Assembly (NCBI RefSeq): GCF_006345805.1 | Contig: NC_042999.1 | Location: 42,594,001 to 42,658,000, forward strand | Source of the DNA: Octopus sinensis | Taxonomy: Eukaryota | Length of the DNA: 64,000 bases | Reading direction: 5' to 3' | In this document: positions 52,577-64,000 of the stretch, one piece after another | Layout: each line of letters opens with the position of its first letter | Position numbering within the stretch: position 1 is the stretch's first letter | Made by a program: the position numbers and the translations under genes | Notes under the pieces: generated by a model | What the model was told of the DNA's origin: nothing | Databases searched by the model: none | The model's input: the letters and a program-made list of their open reading frames with translations, nothing else

Positions 52577-54373
52577 TCACCTCTTAAATTCTGGTTGAAC
52601 ACTTTATAACCATTAATCTAAGCAACCCCTGACAACAAATATCATCTTTTTCTAGTTTCATAAATATATATTTATATCTAAACACATATATTTATCAAAC
52701 TAAAGAAAGCAGTCATTAAATGCTTGCATATATATGTTTCTAAATCTATTCATGTTTCTTTTCAAAGAAAGAATACCACACACTGAAACAATTGCTTGCG
52801 AATGAAATTTAGGAAATGGAAGTATATCAAAGCCAACATGTGTGTGTAGGTGGTGTACATGTTCACAGAATATGAACAGGAGTAATGTATAATGTGCAGA
52901 GCTCATAGGGTACTTGTGTGGATAAACGATGTGTGGATAACGTCATTTACATTATTTTATACTAGCTTAAAAGTCACACTCCATCCAGACTTTTAAGCTA
53001 GCTCCTGCGGTGGACTAATTGGCTGTGCAGCCCAAAATTGAAGGGAGCTAAATAGCATGACTATAATACATCTATAATGGTTATATGTCCCAGTGGTGTT
53101 TGATCAGAGGTTGTAGACAGATGAGAATTCTATTATACAATTCTATTATACAATCAATCTATTGTTCCAGTCCCAAGTTGAATTCCAACTGTTGGCCAAT
53201 TTGTCCCAAAGTTCTTATCGTGATGTAAAATTAACGAAGCGAATGTCATTTATCTCCCCCTTGATCTCTGACGTCATCTAACAAATGCCAAACAAAATGG
53301 CATGAATCAGCCAAGTTTTACCTGCTAGAAATAGCAACCCATATGCTTTTAAATCCCAATGCTGGATGTTCAAGAACCAAATGCAGGGCAGATTTTCAAT
53401 CCCAAGATTATCTTGATTCCAAAAGAGTATAATATGTCTATGTAGAACAAATGTAGACTGTTATATAGTGGTCTCAGACAGAATTTCACATTTATTATTA
53501 TTATAGAGGGAAAGGTATTCTATGTGAAACACTCGGTAGCAGACACAGACAGACTATAAACTTTCTGTCTCCACCTGCTTAAATCCAGTGCGTACATCTG
53601 TGCAAATATGTGTACAGATATGTGTGTGTAAGTGTGTGTGTGTGTGTTTATATCTTTCTGTATTGCTGAGGTTTTTAAATTTTTCTCTGTATGCATTTAT
53701 AAATGTGTACACTACAAGCACACAAGTCAAAAAATATATTTTTTTGTGTGAGCAAATACCAATACAGTAACACCTCAATATATGAATTTGTTCCCAGAGA
53801 CAACTCGTAGCAAAAACTCATAAAACAGAGCAATTATTTCCCATAGTAACTATGTTATAAATTGTAATTTGTTCCTCAAAAAATATTCTACCTATAAAAT
53901 TTATAATACTCATAAATAAATGGCAATAAAACAACAGTAGCATACTCTTTTACTCTTTTACTTGTTTCAGTCATTTTACTGCAGCCATGCTGGAGCACCA
54001 CCTTTAGCAGAGCAAATCGACCCCAGGCCTTATTCTTTGTAAGCCTAGTACTTATTCTATCAGTCTAATGCCGAACCGCTAGGTTACAGGGACGTAAACA
54101 CACCACCATCGGTTGTCAAGTGATGTTAGGGGGACAAACATAGACACACAAACATATACACACACATACATACATATATATATACATATATATGACAGGC
54201 TTCTTTCAGTTTCTGTCTACCAAATCCACTCACAAGGCTTTGGTCAGCCCAAGGCTATAGTAGAAGACACTTGCCCAAGGTCCCACAGAGTGGGACTGAA
54301 CCCAGAACCATGTGGCTGGTAAGCAAGATACTTACCACACAGCCACTCCTGCACTTATAAAAAATATTTATAG

Positions 54374-56101
54374 CATCATCATCATCATCATCGTCGTTTA
54401 ACGTCCGTTCTCCATGCTAGCATGGGTTGGACGGTTCGACCGGGGTTCTGGGAAGCCAGAAGGCTGCACCAGGCTCCAGTCTAATTTGGCAATGTTTCTA
54501 CAGCTGGATGCCCTTCCTAACGCCAACCACTCCGTGAGTGTAGTGGGTGCTTTTTACGTGCCACCTGCACAGGTGCCAGGCGGGGCTGGCAACGGCCACG
54601 GTCAGATTGGTGTATTTTATGTGCCACCGGCACGGAAGCCAGTCGAGGCGGTGCTGGCATCGGCCACGAGTCGGATAGTGCTTTTTACGTACCACCAGAC
54701 CAGGGATCCTGGCTGGTTCAATTCGATTTCGATTTCGCTTGCCCCAACATGTCTTCACAAGCAAAGGGGGTTGGCAAGGGTGCCTGTCGTACGGTCGCAT
54801 TGGAGTATTTTACGTGCCACGGCCACGAGTCGGATAGTGCTTTACGTACCACCAGACCAGGGATACTGGCTGGTTCAATTCGATTTCGATTTCGCTTGCC
54901 CCAACATGTCTTCACAAGCAAAGGGGGTTGACAAGGGTGCCTGTCGTACGGTCGCATTGGAGTATTTTACGTGCCACGGCCACGAGTCGGATAGTGCTTT
55001 ACGTACCACCAGACCAGGGATCCTGGCTGGTTCAATTCGATTTCGATTTCGCTTGCCCCAACATGTCTTCACAAGCAAAGGGGGTTGGCATGGGTGCCTG
55101 TCGTACGGTCGCATTGGAGTATTTTACGTGCCACGGCCCCGAGTCGGATCGTGCTTTTTACGTACCACCAGGCCAGGGATCCTGGCTGGTTCAATTCGGT
55201 TTCGATTTCGATTTCGATTTCGCTTGCCCCAACATGTCTTCGCAAGCATGGGGGGTGGGATGGGTGTCTGTCGTCGGATGAGGTTCTATATCGACTTCGC
55301 TTGCCTCAACCGGTCTTTGTGTCCAAGGGAGGAAAGGCATTCATAAGTGGGCTGGGCTCACTTGTCCTGCCTGGTCTTCTCACGTACAGAATATTTCCAA
55401 AGGTCTCGGTCTCTGGTCATTTCCTCAGTGAGGCCTAAAGTTCGAAGGTCGTGCTTCACCACCTCGTCCCAGGTTTTCCTGGGTCTACCTCTTCCACGGG
55501 TTCCCTCAACTGCTAGGGATTGGCACTTTCTCACACACCTATCTTCATCCATTCTCGCCACATGACCATACCAGCGCAATCGTCTCTCTTGCACACCACA
55601 ACTGATGCTTCTTAGGTACAACATTTCTCTCAAGGTGCTAACGCTCTGTCGAGTATGTACACTGACATTACACATCCATCGGAGCATACTGGCTTCATTC
55701 CTCACGAGCTTACGCATGTCCTCAGCAGTCACAGCCCATGTTTCGCTGCCATGTAGCATGGCTGTTCGTACACACGCATCATACAGTCTGCCTTTTACTC
55801 TGAGCGAGAGGCCTTTAGTCACCAGCAGAGGTAAGAGCTCCCTAAACTTTGCCCAGGCTATTCTTATTCTAGCAGTTACACTTTCAGCGCACCCACCCCC
55901 ACTACTGACTTGGTCACCTAGATAACGGAAGCTATCAACTACTTCTAGTTTTTCCCCCTGGAAAGTGACGGAAGTTGTTTTCTGCAGATTTTCGGAGGTT
56001 AATGCTCCCGAGCATCTGCCACATACAAAAACTATCTTCCCAGTTAGCCTACCTTTGACATTGCTGCACCTCTTATGTGTCCATAGCTTACACTGGGTAC
56101 A
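54374..56101 (-). mobile_element. Young 5'-truncated RTE-clade LINE
   Basis: Stop-free frame 56101-55358 (247 aa): CTQCKLWTHKRC...FVCGRC...VDSFRYLGD...RIRIAWAKF...MLHGSETW...RRLRWYGHV...GRPRKTW. Then a ~1-kb 3' UTR and (GAT)n tail. Confidence 0.95.
54661..55275. repeat. 157-bp tandem repeat (~3.8 copies) in the RTE 3' UTR
   Basis: Unit cggccacgagtcggatagtgc...ggagtattttacgtgccac; ORF starts are offset by 157 (54800/54957/55114). Confidence 0.92.
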
Positions 56102-56379
56102 AATAACATTTTATGTAAAGTAAAAAGAATGTCAAGATCATTAATAATAAAAGATATTATTATTATAATTGTTTTCTGAATCACTTTCACTCGCACCAGA
56201 CTGGTGCACACTATTACTTATAGACGTGATCAATTCACAAGCTCTCAAAGACAGACTTGTAGATTTCTCTTTAAAAAAAAAGTCTAGAGTTGTTTGCTTA
56301 GAAGCTTTTTTTTTGCTCTCTATAAATTTCTCAGTAATATGCAGAAGCATTTGTTATGACAGTAGAAACTTTTGCACTT

Positions 56380-56611
56380 AAGGTGGCGAGCTGACAGAAA
56401 CATTAGCACGTCGGGCAAAATGCTTAGTGGTATTTCATCTGCTGCTACGTTCTGAGTTCAAATTTCGCCAAGGTCGACTTTGCCTTTCATCCTTTCAGGG
56501 TTGATTAAATAAGTACCAGTTATGCACTGGGGTTGATATAATCGACTTAATCCATTTGTCTGTTCTTGTTTGTCCCCTCTGTGTGTAGCCCCTTGTGGGC
56601 AGTAGAAAATA
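56380..56611 (+). mobile_element. SINE family B monomer with a 16-bp target-site duplication
   Basis: agaaacttttgcactt at 56364-56379 and 56612-56627. Confidence 0.88.
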
Positions 56612-56922
56612 AGAAACTTTTGCACTTCATTCAAAATTTGGATCTTGTGCTTGAAAAATAAATCTTGTAAACCCAAGGTCTCGTGAAGTGGGCCCTCTTA
56701 AAATGAGGTATTATTGTACATATTTTAAATATGACCCACATGTGTGTGTATGTATAAGTACATGTGTGTGTACATTTAACATATGAGTGGTCGTATATGA
56801 ATGTGTATGTGTGTGCAGTGGAGTGGAGTGTGTGTGTGTGTGTGTGTGTGTGTTTATTTATGTATTTGTAATTTTTAAGCTGATTTCAAAAAGATTTAAT
56901 TAGTATGATTGCCACAACTCAC

Positions 56923-57010
56923 TTGTTCCAAATAGTGCAAGGACAAATTAATATATTTGGCTTCAGTCAACAGCAGGCCATTAGCGCCACTTTTAGCAAC
57001 TCGCTCAGAT
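56923..57010 (-). CDS. KIF6: KIF6-like exon, 88 nt: switch II / helix 4
   Basis: A+SERVAKSGANGLLLTEAKYINLSLHYLEQ completes DLAG-SER in phase with the previous exon. Acceptor atttcag, donor gtgagt. Confidence 0.95.
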
Positions 57011-57460
57011 CTGAAATATAACAAAGGAAATCAATTACCAATATTCTTGCAGACTGCTTTAAAAATAATCCTTTCATCTATTAATACAATTTCTGTTTTA
57101 TTAATATCACGGAATATGCTTTTCTAAGTTACAATGAAAGAAACAAAAAGAGGTCATTCCTGATGCCTTGGAGACGGCAGAGTAATCCGACACTTTTGCG
57201 TGGGTATTTCCTCAATTTACCCAAGGTAGACAGCTACTGGAGATTCTCTTTTACTCTTTTACTTGTTTCAATCATTTGACTGTGGCCATACTGGAGCACT
57301 GCCTTTAGTTGAGCAAATCGACCTCAGGGCTTATTCTTTGTAAGCCTAGTACTTATGCTATCAGTCTCTTTTGCTGAACCACTAAGTTACAGGGACATGA
57401 ACACACCAGCATCGATTGTCAAGCGATGTTAGGGGGACAAACACAGACATACAAACATAT

Positions 57461-57514
<54 letters not shown>

Positions 57515-58092
57515 ATGTATGTATACATATATACGATGGGCTCCTTTCAGTTTGCGCCTACCAAATCTATTCACAAGGCTTTGGTCGGCCCGAGGGTATA
57601 GTAGAAGACACATGCCCAAGGTGCCACACAGTGGGACTGAACCCGGAACCATGTGGTTGGTAAGCAAGCTTCTTACCACACAGCCACTCCTATGCCTACT
57701 CCACATTTATTTTATTTTATTTATTTATTTTGTCTTCATTAATCTTTATCTTTTGCTTGTTTCAGTCATTAGATTGCAACAGCAATAAACTTGATTCTGG
57801 CCCTTTCTCTCATGCAAAAGTATGACTTTTCAACTTGTATCATAAAGTTGTCCCTTCAGGATTTCTAACCTTGCAAACTACTTGGTAACTGCACCAGTGC
57901 TGATGGAAAGGGGAAAAAAAAGACCCCATTATATGCTATAAAGTGGCATTAGGAAGGCTGTCCAGCTGCAGAAATAATGCCAAAGCAGAGACTGGAGCAT
58001 AATACAGTCCTTGACCCTTTGAATCCTATCAAGCCAACCAACCCAGGCCAGCATGGAACATAGAAGTTAACTGATGATGATTGTGATAATGG

Positions 58093-58720
58093 TGCTTGAG
58101 AAAACACGGCAAGCGCAAGTGAGACCAAAACATTGTGGCCTATGCCAGGAGTGTAACCAGTCCACTTATGTGTGCCTTTCTTTCATTGGACACTAAACTC
58201 TGCTTGTGAAGACTTGTTGAGGCAAGTGAAATCAAAATCGAAATCAAATTCGATGACTGGCATCTGTGCTAGTGGAGTGCTAAGAGTACCATACAAGTGA
58301 GATCTTTGCCAGAGCAACAAGCTGGCCTCCGTGCCAATGGCATGTTAAAAACACCATTCGAGCGTGATCATCACCTGCATTGCCTTACTAGCACTTGTGC
58401 AGGTGGCACGTGAAAAACATTTGAGCGAGGTTGTTGCCAGTGTCGCTGGACTGGCTCCTGTGAAGGTGGCACATAAAAAGCACCATTTGAGCGTAGCCAT
58501 TGCCAGTACCGCTTGACTGGCACTCGTGCCGGTGGCATATAAAAGCACCCACTAAACTCTCGGAGTGGTTGGCGTTAGGAAGGGCATCCAGCTGTAGAAA
58601 CTCTGCCAGATCAGATTGGAGTTTGGTGCAGCCATCTGGTTCACCAGACCTCAGTCCAGTCAAATCATCCAACCCATGCTAGCATGGAAAGTGGACGTTA
58701 AACGATGATGATATTGATGA
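58093..58720 (+). mobile_element. RTE 3' UTR ending ~25 bp from a KIF6 splice donor
   Basis: ccatgctagcatgg motif and (GAT)n tail. Confidence 0.85.
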
Positions 58721-58744
58721 TGATATATATAAATATATACATAC

Positions 58745-58863
58745 CCTGCGAGGTCAACAAGATGAAGTTTAGATTTTCGGAGAGAAGTTGAACCAATCTG
58801 TCGAGAAGTGAGATGAATTGTGAATATACAGTGTGAGCGAGTAGAAGCTTGATTCATCGGAGT
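58745..58863 (-). CDS. KIF6: Kinesin-9 (KIF6-like) internal exon, 119 nt: switch I region to DLAG
   Basis: Translates TPMNQASTRSHCIFTIHLTSRQIGSTSLRKSKLHLVDLA+GG. Acceptor ttttcag, donor gtatgt, phase 0 to 2. NxxSxRSH and LVDLAG are kinesin motor motifs, and the peptide closely matches vertebrate KIF6 as recalled. Confidence 0.95.
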
Positions 58864-59055
58864 CTGAAAATATAAGAAAAGTAGATATAATTTTGCTGAG
58901 ACAAAGATATCATGATAGAGATGATAACAGATAATGTAATGACAGATATTATTTATCTGATTACTATAAAATTGCTAAGAGTCGATGAGAGCACCTCTAT
59001 GCATACATTTATTGTAATGGAAAGGGCAGCCAAATGGTCTACCAATCATACTCTA

Positions 59056-59420
59056 CATCATCATCATTGTCATCGTTCAACGTCCGTTTTCCATGCTAGC
59101 ATGGGTTGGACGGTTCGACCGGGGTCTGGGAAGCCAGGAGGCTGCACCAGGCTCCAGTCTGATCTGGCAGTATTTCTACAGCTGGATGCCCTTCCTAATG
59201 CCAACCACTCCGTGAGTGTAGTAGATGCTTTATACGTGCCACCAGCACAGGGACCAGAGGAGGCTGGCAAATGTCCACGATCGGTTGGTGCTTTTACGTG
59301 TCACAGACACGGACACCAGTCAGGCAGCACTGGCATCTGCCATGTTCGGATGGTGCTTTTAACATGTCACCGGTATCTTAACTACAATTTCCATTTGATT
59401 TTCATTTTGATGTTGGTGTT
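59056..59420 (-). mobile_element. RTE 3'-UTR fragment
   Basis: Same family as 6318-6604. Confidence 0.85.
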
Positions 59421-59919
59421 GACGTCAATCTTTAAAAATCTTTAAAAAATAACACAGACGCAGAGTGCGTGAAAAAAAAAGGGGGGAAAAAATGAGTTAG
59501 TCATATATGGGATCTCATGGTTCATAGGTTTGCTCAATTATGGCTGAACTGAGGCTAAACATCAGCTGATATAAATAGCAGTCAAATCCCCTCAAATCAC
59601 ACACCATTGCCTTAGATATGAAATTTTCTATTTTTTACTTGTTTCAGCCATCAGACTGTGGCCATGCTGGAACAATGCCTTGAATAATTTTAGTTGAATA
59701 AACTGACCCCAGTACTTATATTTTTATGCCTGGGACTTATTTTATCAATCATTTTCACCAAACAATTAAGTTACAGGGGTGTATATCCACCAACACTGCT
59801 TGTCAAGTGGTGAGAGGACAAACACACACCCACACACACACATACATACACACACACATACATACACACACACACAGAGAAAAATACATGATGGGTTTCT
59901 TTCAGTTTCTTACTTTTTT

Positions 59920-60316
59920 ATTGCTCACAAGGGGTTAAACATAGAGGGGACAAACAAAGACAGACAAAGGGATTAAGTCAATTACGTCGACTCCAGTTTG
60001 TAACTGGTACTTAATTTATTGACCCTGAAAGGATGAAAGGCAAAGTCGACCTCGGTGGAATTTGAACTCAGAACATAAAGACAGATGAAATACCTATTTC
60101 TTTACTACCCACAAGGGGCTAAACATAGAGTGGACAAACAAGGACAGACAAAGGGATAAGTCAATTACATCGACTCCAGTGCGTAACTGGTACTTAATTT
60201 ATTGACCCCCAAAAGGATGAAAGGCAAAGTCGACCTCGGCAGAATTTGAACTCAGACCGTAAAGACAGACGAAATACTGCTAAGCATTTCGCCCAGCTTG
60301 CTAATGTTTCTGCCAG
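59920..60316 (-). mobile_element. SINE family B dimer inserted into an older SINE A
   Basis: The SINE A sequence (tcagtttct|gtctaccaaa) resumes after 60316. Confidence 0.75.
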
Positions 60317-60792
60317 TTTCTGTCTACCAAATTGACTCACAAGGCTTTGGGCAGACCAAAACTATAGTAGAAGACACTCGCCCAAAATGCCACACAGGGA
60401 TTCTATACCTTAAACAATGTGGTTGAGAAGCAGACTTCTTACCACACATCCAGAAGTCCTAAATTCCTCCAAAAAAAAAAAAAAAAGTATGATCATGGTA
60501 AAAATACATTGAGTTATTGTAACGAGAGCAGATAGCCAGATGTTGAGATACAATTTGGTGTGACACATTGTCACTACTCTCAAGGAAATTCATTCAAAGG
60601 ACGATTAAGTAAAATTTGGTTATGTTCTTGCTATATCTTCAGTACAGCCTTTTTTTTAAAATCAGATTGAGATTTCTGCATACAGAAATGTTTTATTTCT
60701 TTGATTTCGTTAGTCTGTCATTGATTCTGTACGTTTGTAAGTCTTTGTTGCATTTCTCACCTGATTTCTTGATCAGTTAACCTGAGGCACTT

Positions 60793-60826
<34 letters not shown>

Positions 60827-61872
60827 TACTGCAGGATTAAAGGATGGCTAAATGTCCTTCTTTCTTGGCTGAGTATTTGAAAATACCTTATGGAGCAATA
60901 ACCATGTCCTGTATAGTTACGAGCTGCCCTTTGTCAAGGCACAGCACCCATTCAGCCACCCTGCCAGGAATACAGTGGAATCATGGGACTGCAGCATGGC
61001 AGATTATGAAGTGGTAACGGAGGAGCTAAACTGAACCAATGGTGCTTCTTACACTGATATTGAGTGGAGGAATTCTAGAAGATCTCTGGTCAGGGTCATC
61101 AAACTCACTAGAGAGAGTAATGCAACACATCCATAGGGTGACATCTATGGTTGTGTAATCAGCAAATGAAAGATTCATTATGACTCAAGCTTCCAAAACA
61201 AATTCATAAAGAAAAAAGGTTTATTTGAGGGGTGATGTGCACAGATAAAAAAGAGTGTCAGATAAATTTTTCACAAATTATAGTGTGGCTTACAATGTGA
61301 TGCTTACACATGCTTTTTAATTGAACTGAATTAAACTTTGTAAGTGTTTGACTAAAAAAGGATTAGAACCCTAAGTAGATGATAGCTAAAAGTATACTTG
61401 ATCAATGTCTATGCCAAATGCATATGAGTAAAATAAATAATTATTCAAATAATAATTATGGTTATGAAAAAGAAAGTGAGTGAACAAAATGAAATACTTA
61501 TAGAAAATATTGCATAGAATTTGAGAAGTGTTTTCAATGTCTTTTGATGATGGCAGGTGAATCAAATGTTCATTGTAGGATATAGATAATATAAGCACTT
61601 GGTTATCAGGAAATTTGTAAGTTCGATTTAAAAAAAAAATTTTTTTCGTTACTTTTAATTTTTTTTTAAATATCACCATTATAGGTATTTATACTTCAGT
61701 GAAATTAAAAATTCAACTCATAAATAAACAAAACCTTCAAATCCATCACTGTACACACACACACACACACATGCACACACGGAGTCACATATCTATGTAT
61801 GTATCCTCATGTATCTACGTGTATAGGTACACCATGATTTATACATATGCAGAACAAGGTCAAATAAAATTA

Positions 61873-61928
<56 letters not shown>

Positions 61929-62664
61929 GTACTGTTCTATGATGTATGATGGTAAGATCAGCAAAAAAAGTACTCCATCTGGTGAGAGATAAACAGTATT
62001 CAATAGACATAATACATGATTTTATGAGCTAGTAAGAGATTCTTGTGCTGAGAACATACCAAAACAATGCATACCTTGCATGCACATAAATTCTTTCGCA
62101 AAAAATCTGCATAGTCAAAACATTTTGATTCACCTGTCCACCAGTTTTGAAGATAATCAAACTAAATTTCCATCATTTTGAACTCCTCATCCAATGAGTA
62201 TTTCTGCCAAATTTGGTGAAAATCTGCTCAGCCATTTTCCAGTAATTTTGCAAACACACAGACAATGACAAGTGACTAGAATGCCCTGCTTTCACTTAAG
62301 TGAGCAGGATAATAATGAAATTGGATGGTGACAGAGAGTCATGGGAATCAGCAAAAAGAGTAAAAAAATGTCTTTTGTTCATGGAAGACTAGCAGTCACC
62401 CATATATATATAACATTCTCCTTTACCATCCATGTTCCATGTTGGCATGGCCTAGATGATTTGATAGGAACCGTTGTGTCCAAGAACTGCATCAAGCTTC
62501 AATGTTTGTTTGGCATGGGTTTTAGTGCCAGATGCCCTTCCTCATGTCAACCACTTTATAGTGTGGACCAGGTGCTTTTTTACGTCACCTACATTACTGT
62601 ATGTTGAAGCACTGTTATTGGAAATGTTACATTCAAAGAATAATGCATACTCTCAGTGAAGACG

Positions 62665-63363
62665 ATCTGGACTGAAAAGAGGAGTTTTGCAAGTGGTACT
62701 TGATAAGATGGTTAGAGGATGCATACTTTCTAACAAAAATTATTTGGAATGATGAGGCTATATTTAAATTAAACAGCTCAATTAATGGCGACAAATGCAC
62801 TTACTGGGAATCTGAGAATTCATATATTACATAGAAACATCATGTTAATTTACTGGAAGTTACAGTAAGGATTAATTGGACTTATTTTTGGATGGTACTG
62901 TGACTGGTTCCATTTATTTGAACTTGATGTGATGATCTGTCATGTCAAACATTCAAAGGGACTTTGAAGATGTGGAGCCTCTACCATTATAATGTAAGAG
63001 TCTACCTTGATGAGACTTTGCCAAACAGGCGGATTGGATGAAAATGTCCACAGAATAGCTTTTGCATTCCCCAGATCACATATGCCTACAATCATTTATA
63101 TGGGAATAATTAAAAATTAAAGTGTATGGTACAAAAACCACTGACAGTTAATGAACATTTAATGAAGTGTTTCTTGATGTTTGCAGCTCCATTGCTTTGT
63201 GTTGTCAGCAGTGTCTCGACCAGAACTGTTATCAGTTTGAAAAGCAGTGTAAAAATGTAATTCTGTCTGTAGATTCTATTAAATTTTGGAAATGTAAGGT
63301 ATTCTAAGAAGCACTGACTTGATAATCCTTCAATATGTGTGTACATTTTGGGCAGACACCTTG
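62665..63363 (+). pseudogene. Tc1/mariner-superfamily transposase relic (DD41D/rosa- or DD37D-like)
   Basis: EFCKWY..FLTKIIWNDEAIFKLNSSIN..CTYWESEN.., VRVYLDETLPNRRIG..SPD. The end ttttgggcagacaccttgTA is TIR-like. Confidence 0.7.
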
Positions 63364-63419
<56 letters not shown>

Positions 63420-64000
63420 ATATGATAGATAGCTGTGTGTGTGTGTGTGTGTGTGTACATATGCACATACATACACATATGTATGTGTATGAATATACTT
63501 ATGGGTACATAAACTTTGATATGAAAGATAACAAGAAGGCAAGAAAAATGATCACAAAAAAATCACATAAAAAATGGGCTAAAAGAACACCAAAAATACC
63601 AAACCAAAATCGAACCAAAAAAAAAAAAGGATAATACGTAAATAAAAAAAGAAAAGAACTTCTGAGCTGAGAACATACAGATTGCCAGTTAGATTTATCA
63701 GCAGTGAGCTTAGCAAAACATGATTGAACAACATGAATTCAAGACATGAATGATTTATCAACTGCCTGTACAAGAAGAATGCATTCCTCATAACAGTGTA
63801 CTGTAGTACAAATGCTAATAATGCATCATCTACACACTAAAATTCACAAACACATACATACATAACATGCATACAAGGGAATATACATACAGTAAAAAAA
63901 AGCAACAAACACACTATCACACACCACGCTGCACCAAAAAATGCATAAATATGAAAGATTGTGATTTGTAATAATTCTTTATTGTTCTTTATTTTTATTA

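Larger units (their letters stand above)
53765..56716 (-). mobile_element. Tigger/pogo-like relic split by three later insertions
   Basis: TA-cagtaacacctc ... gaggtattattg-TA (10/12 TIR). 56141-56350 encodes ..KKKASKQTTLDFFFK, a pogo/Tigger-type C-terminus. Confidence 0.6.
28883..56922 (-). other. 28,040-bp intron of the KIF6-like gene
   Basis: GT..AG-bounded gap between peptides ...YLEQ and VIVAL..., which are contiguous in KIF6 and in matching phase 0. Confidence 0.9.

Noticed and set aside
54661-55275. CRISPR-like regular repeats
   Set aside because: The units are contiguous and near-identical with no unique spacers, the context is eukaryotic, and there are no cas genes.
54414-55346. 310-aa plus-strand ORF
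   Set aside because: Antisense of the RTE 3' UTR; its length comes from the 157-bp tandem repeat.
58864-64000. Preceding KIF6 exon (GDTNRMIAE-like)
   Set aside because: Not found; ORF 61386-61679 has no kinesin similarity. The exon probably lies beyond the window.

Overview
AT-rich, microsatellite-saturated eukaryotic genomic DNA. The repeat landscape (tRNA-derived SINEs, RTE LINEs with (GAT)n tails, dense TA/CA/AAT tracts) resembles an octopus/coleoid cephalopod genome; this is inferred, not verified. The window lies within a minus-strand kinesin-9 gene, KIF6-like. Five in-phase GT-AG exons were reconstructed (58863-58745, 57010-56923, 28882-28739, 20787-20597, 19370-19265), encoding switch I, switch II, the end of the motor domain and the neck/coiled coil. 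The exons on either side were not found in the window. The introns hold nested mobile elements: RTE, CR1 and R4/Dong LINE pieces, at least four SINE families, mariner, Tc1, Tigger, piggyBac and Helitron relics, and several hairpin elements. Nearly all ORFs in the supplied track are microsatellite or repeat artefacts. The most unusual signal is a set of small Penelope-like (PLE) elements with degenerate minimal hammerhead-ribozyme motifs. One of them joins a tRNA-Ile-like Pol III head to a hammerhead inside inverted repeats (13452-13740). Repeat boundaries are approximate and were read by eye.
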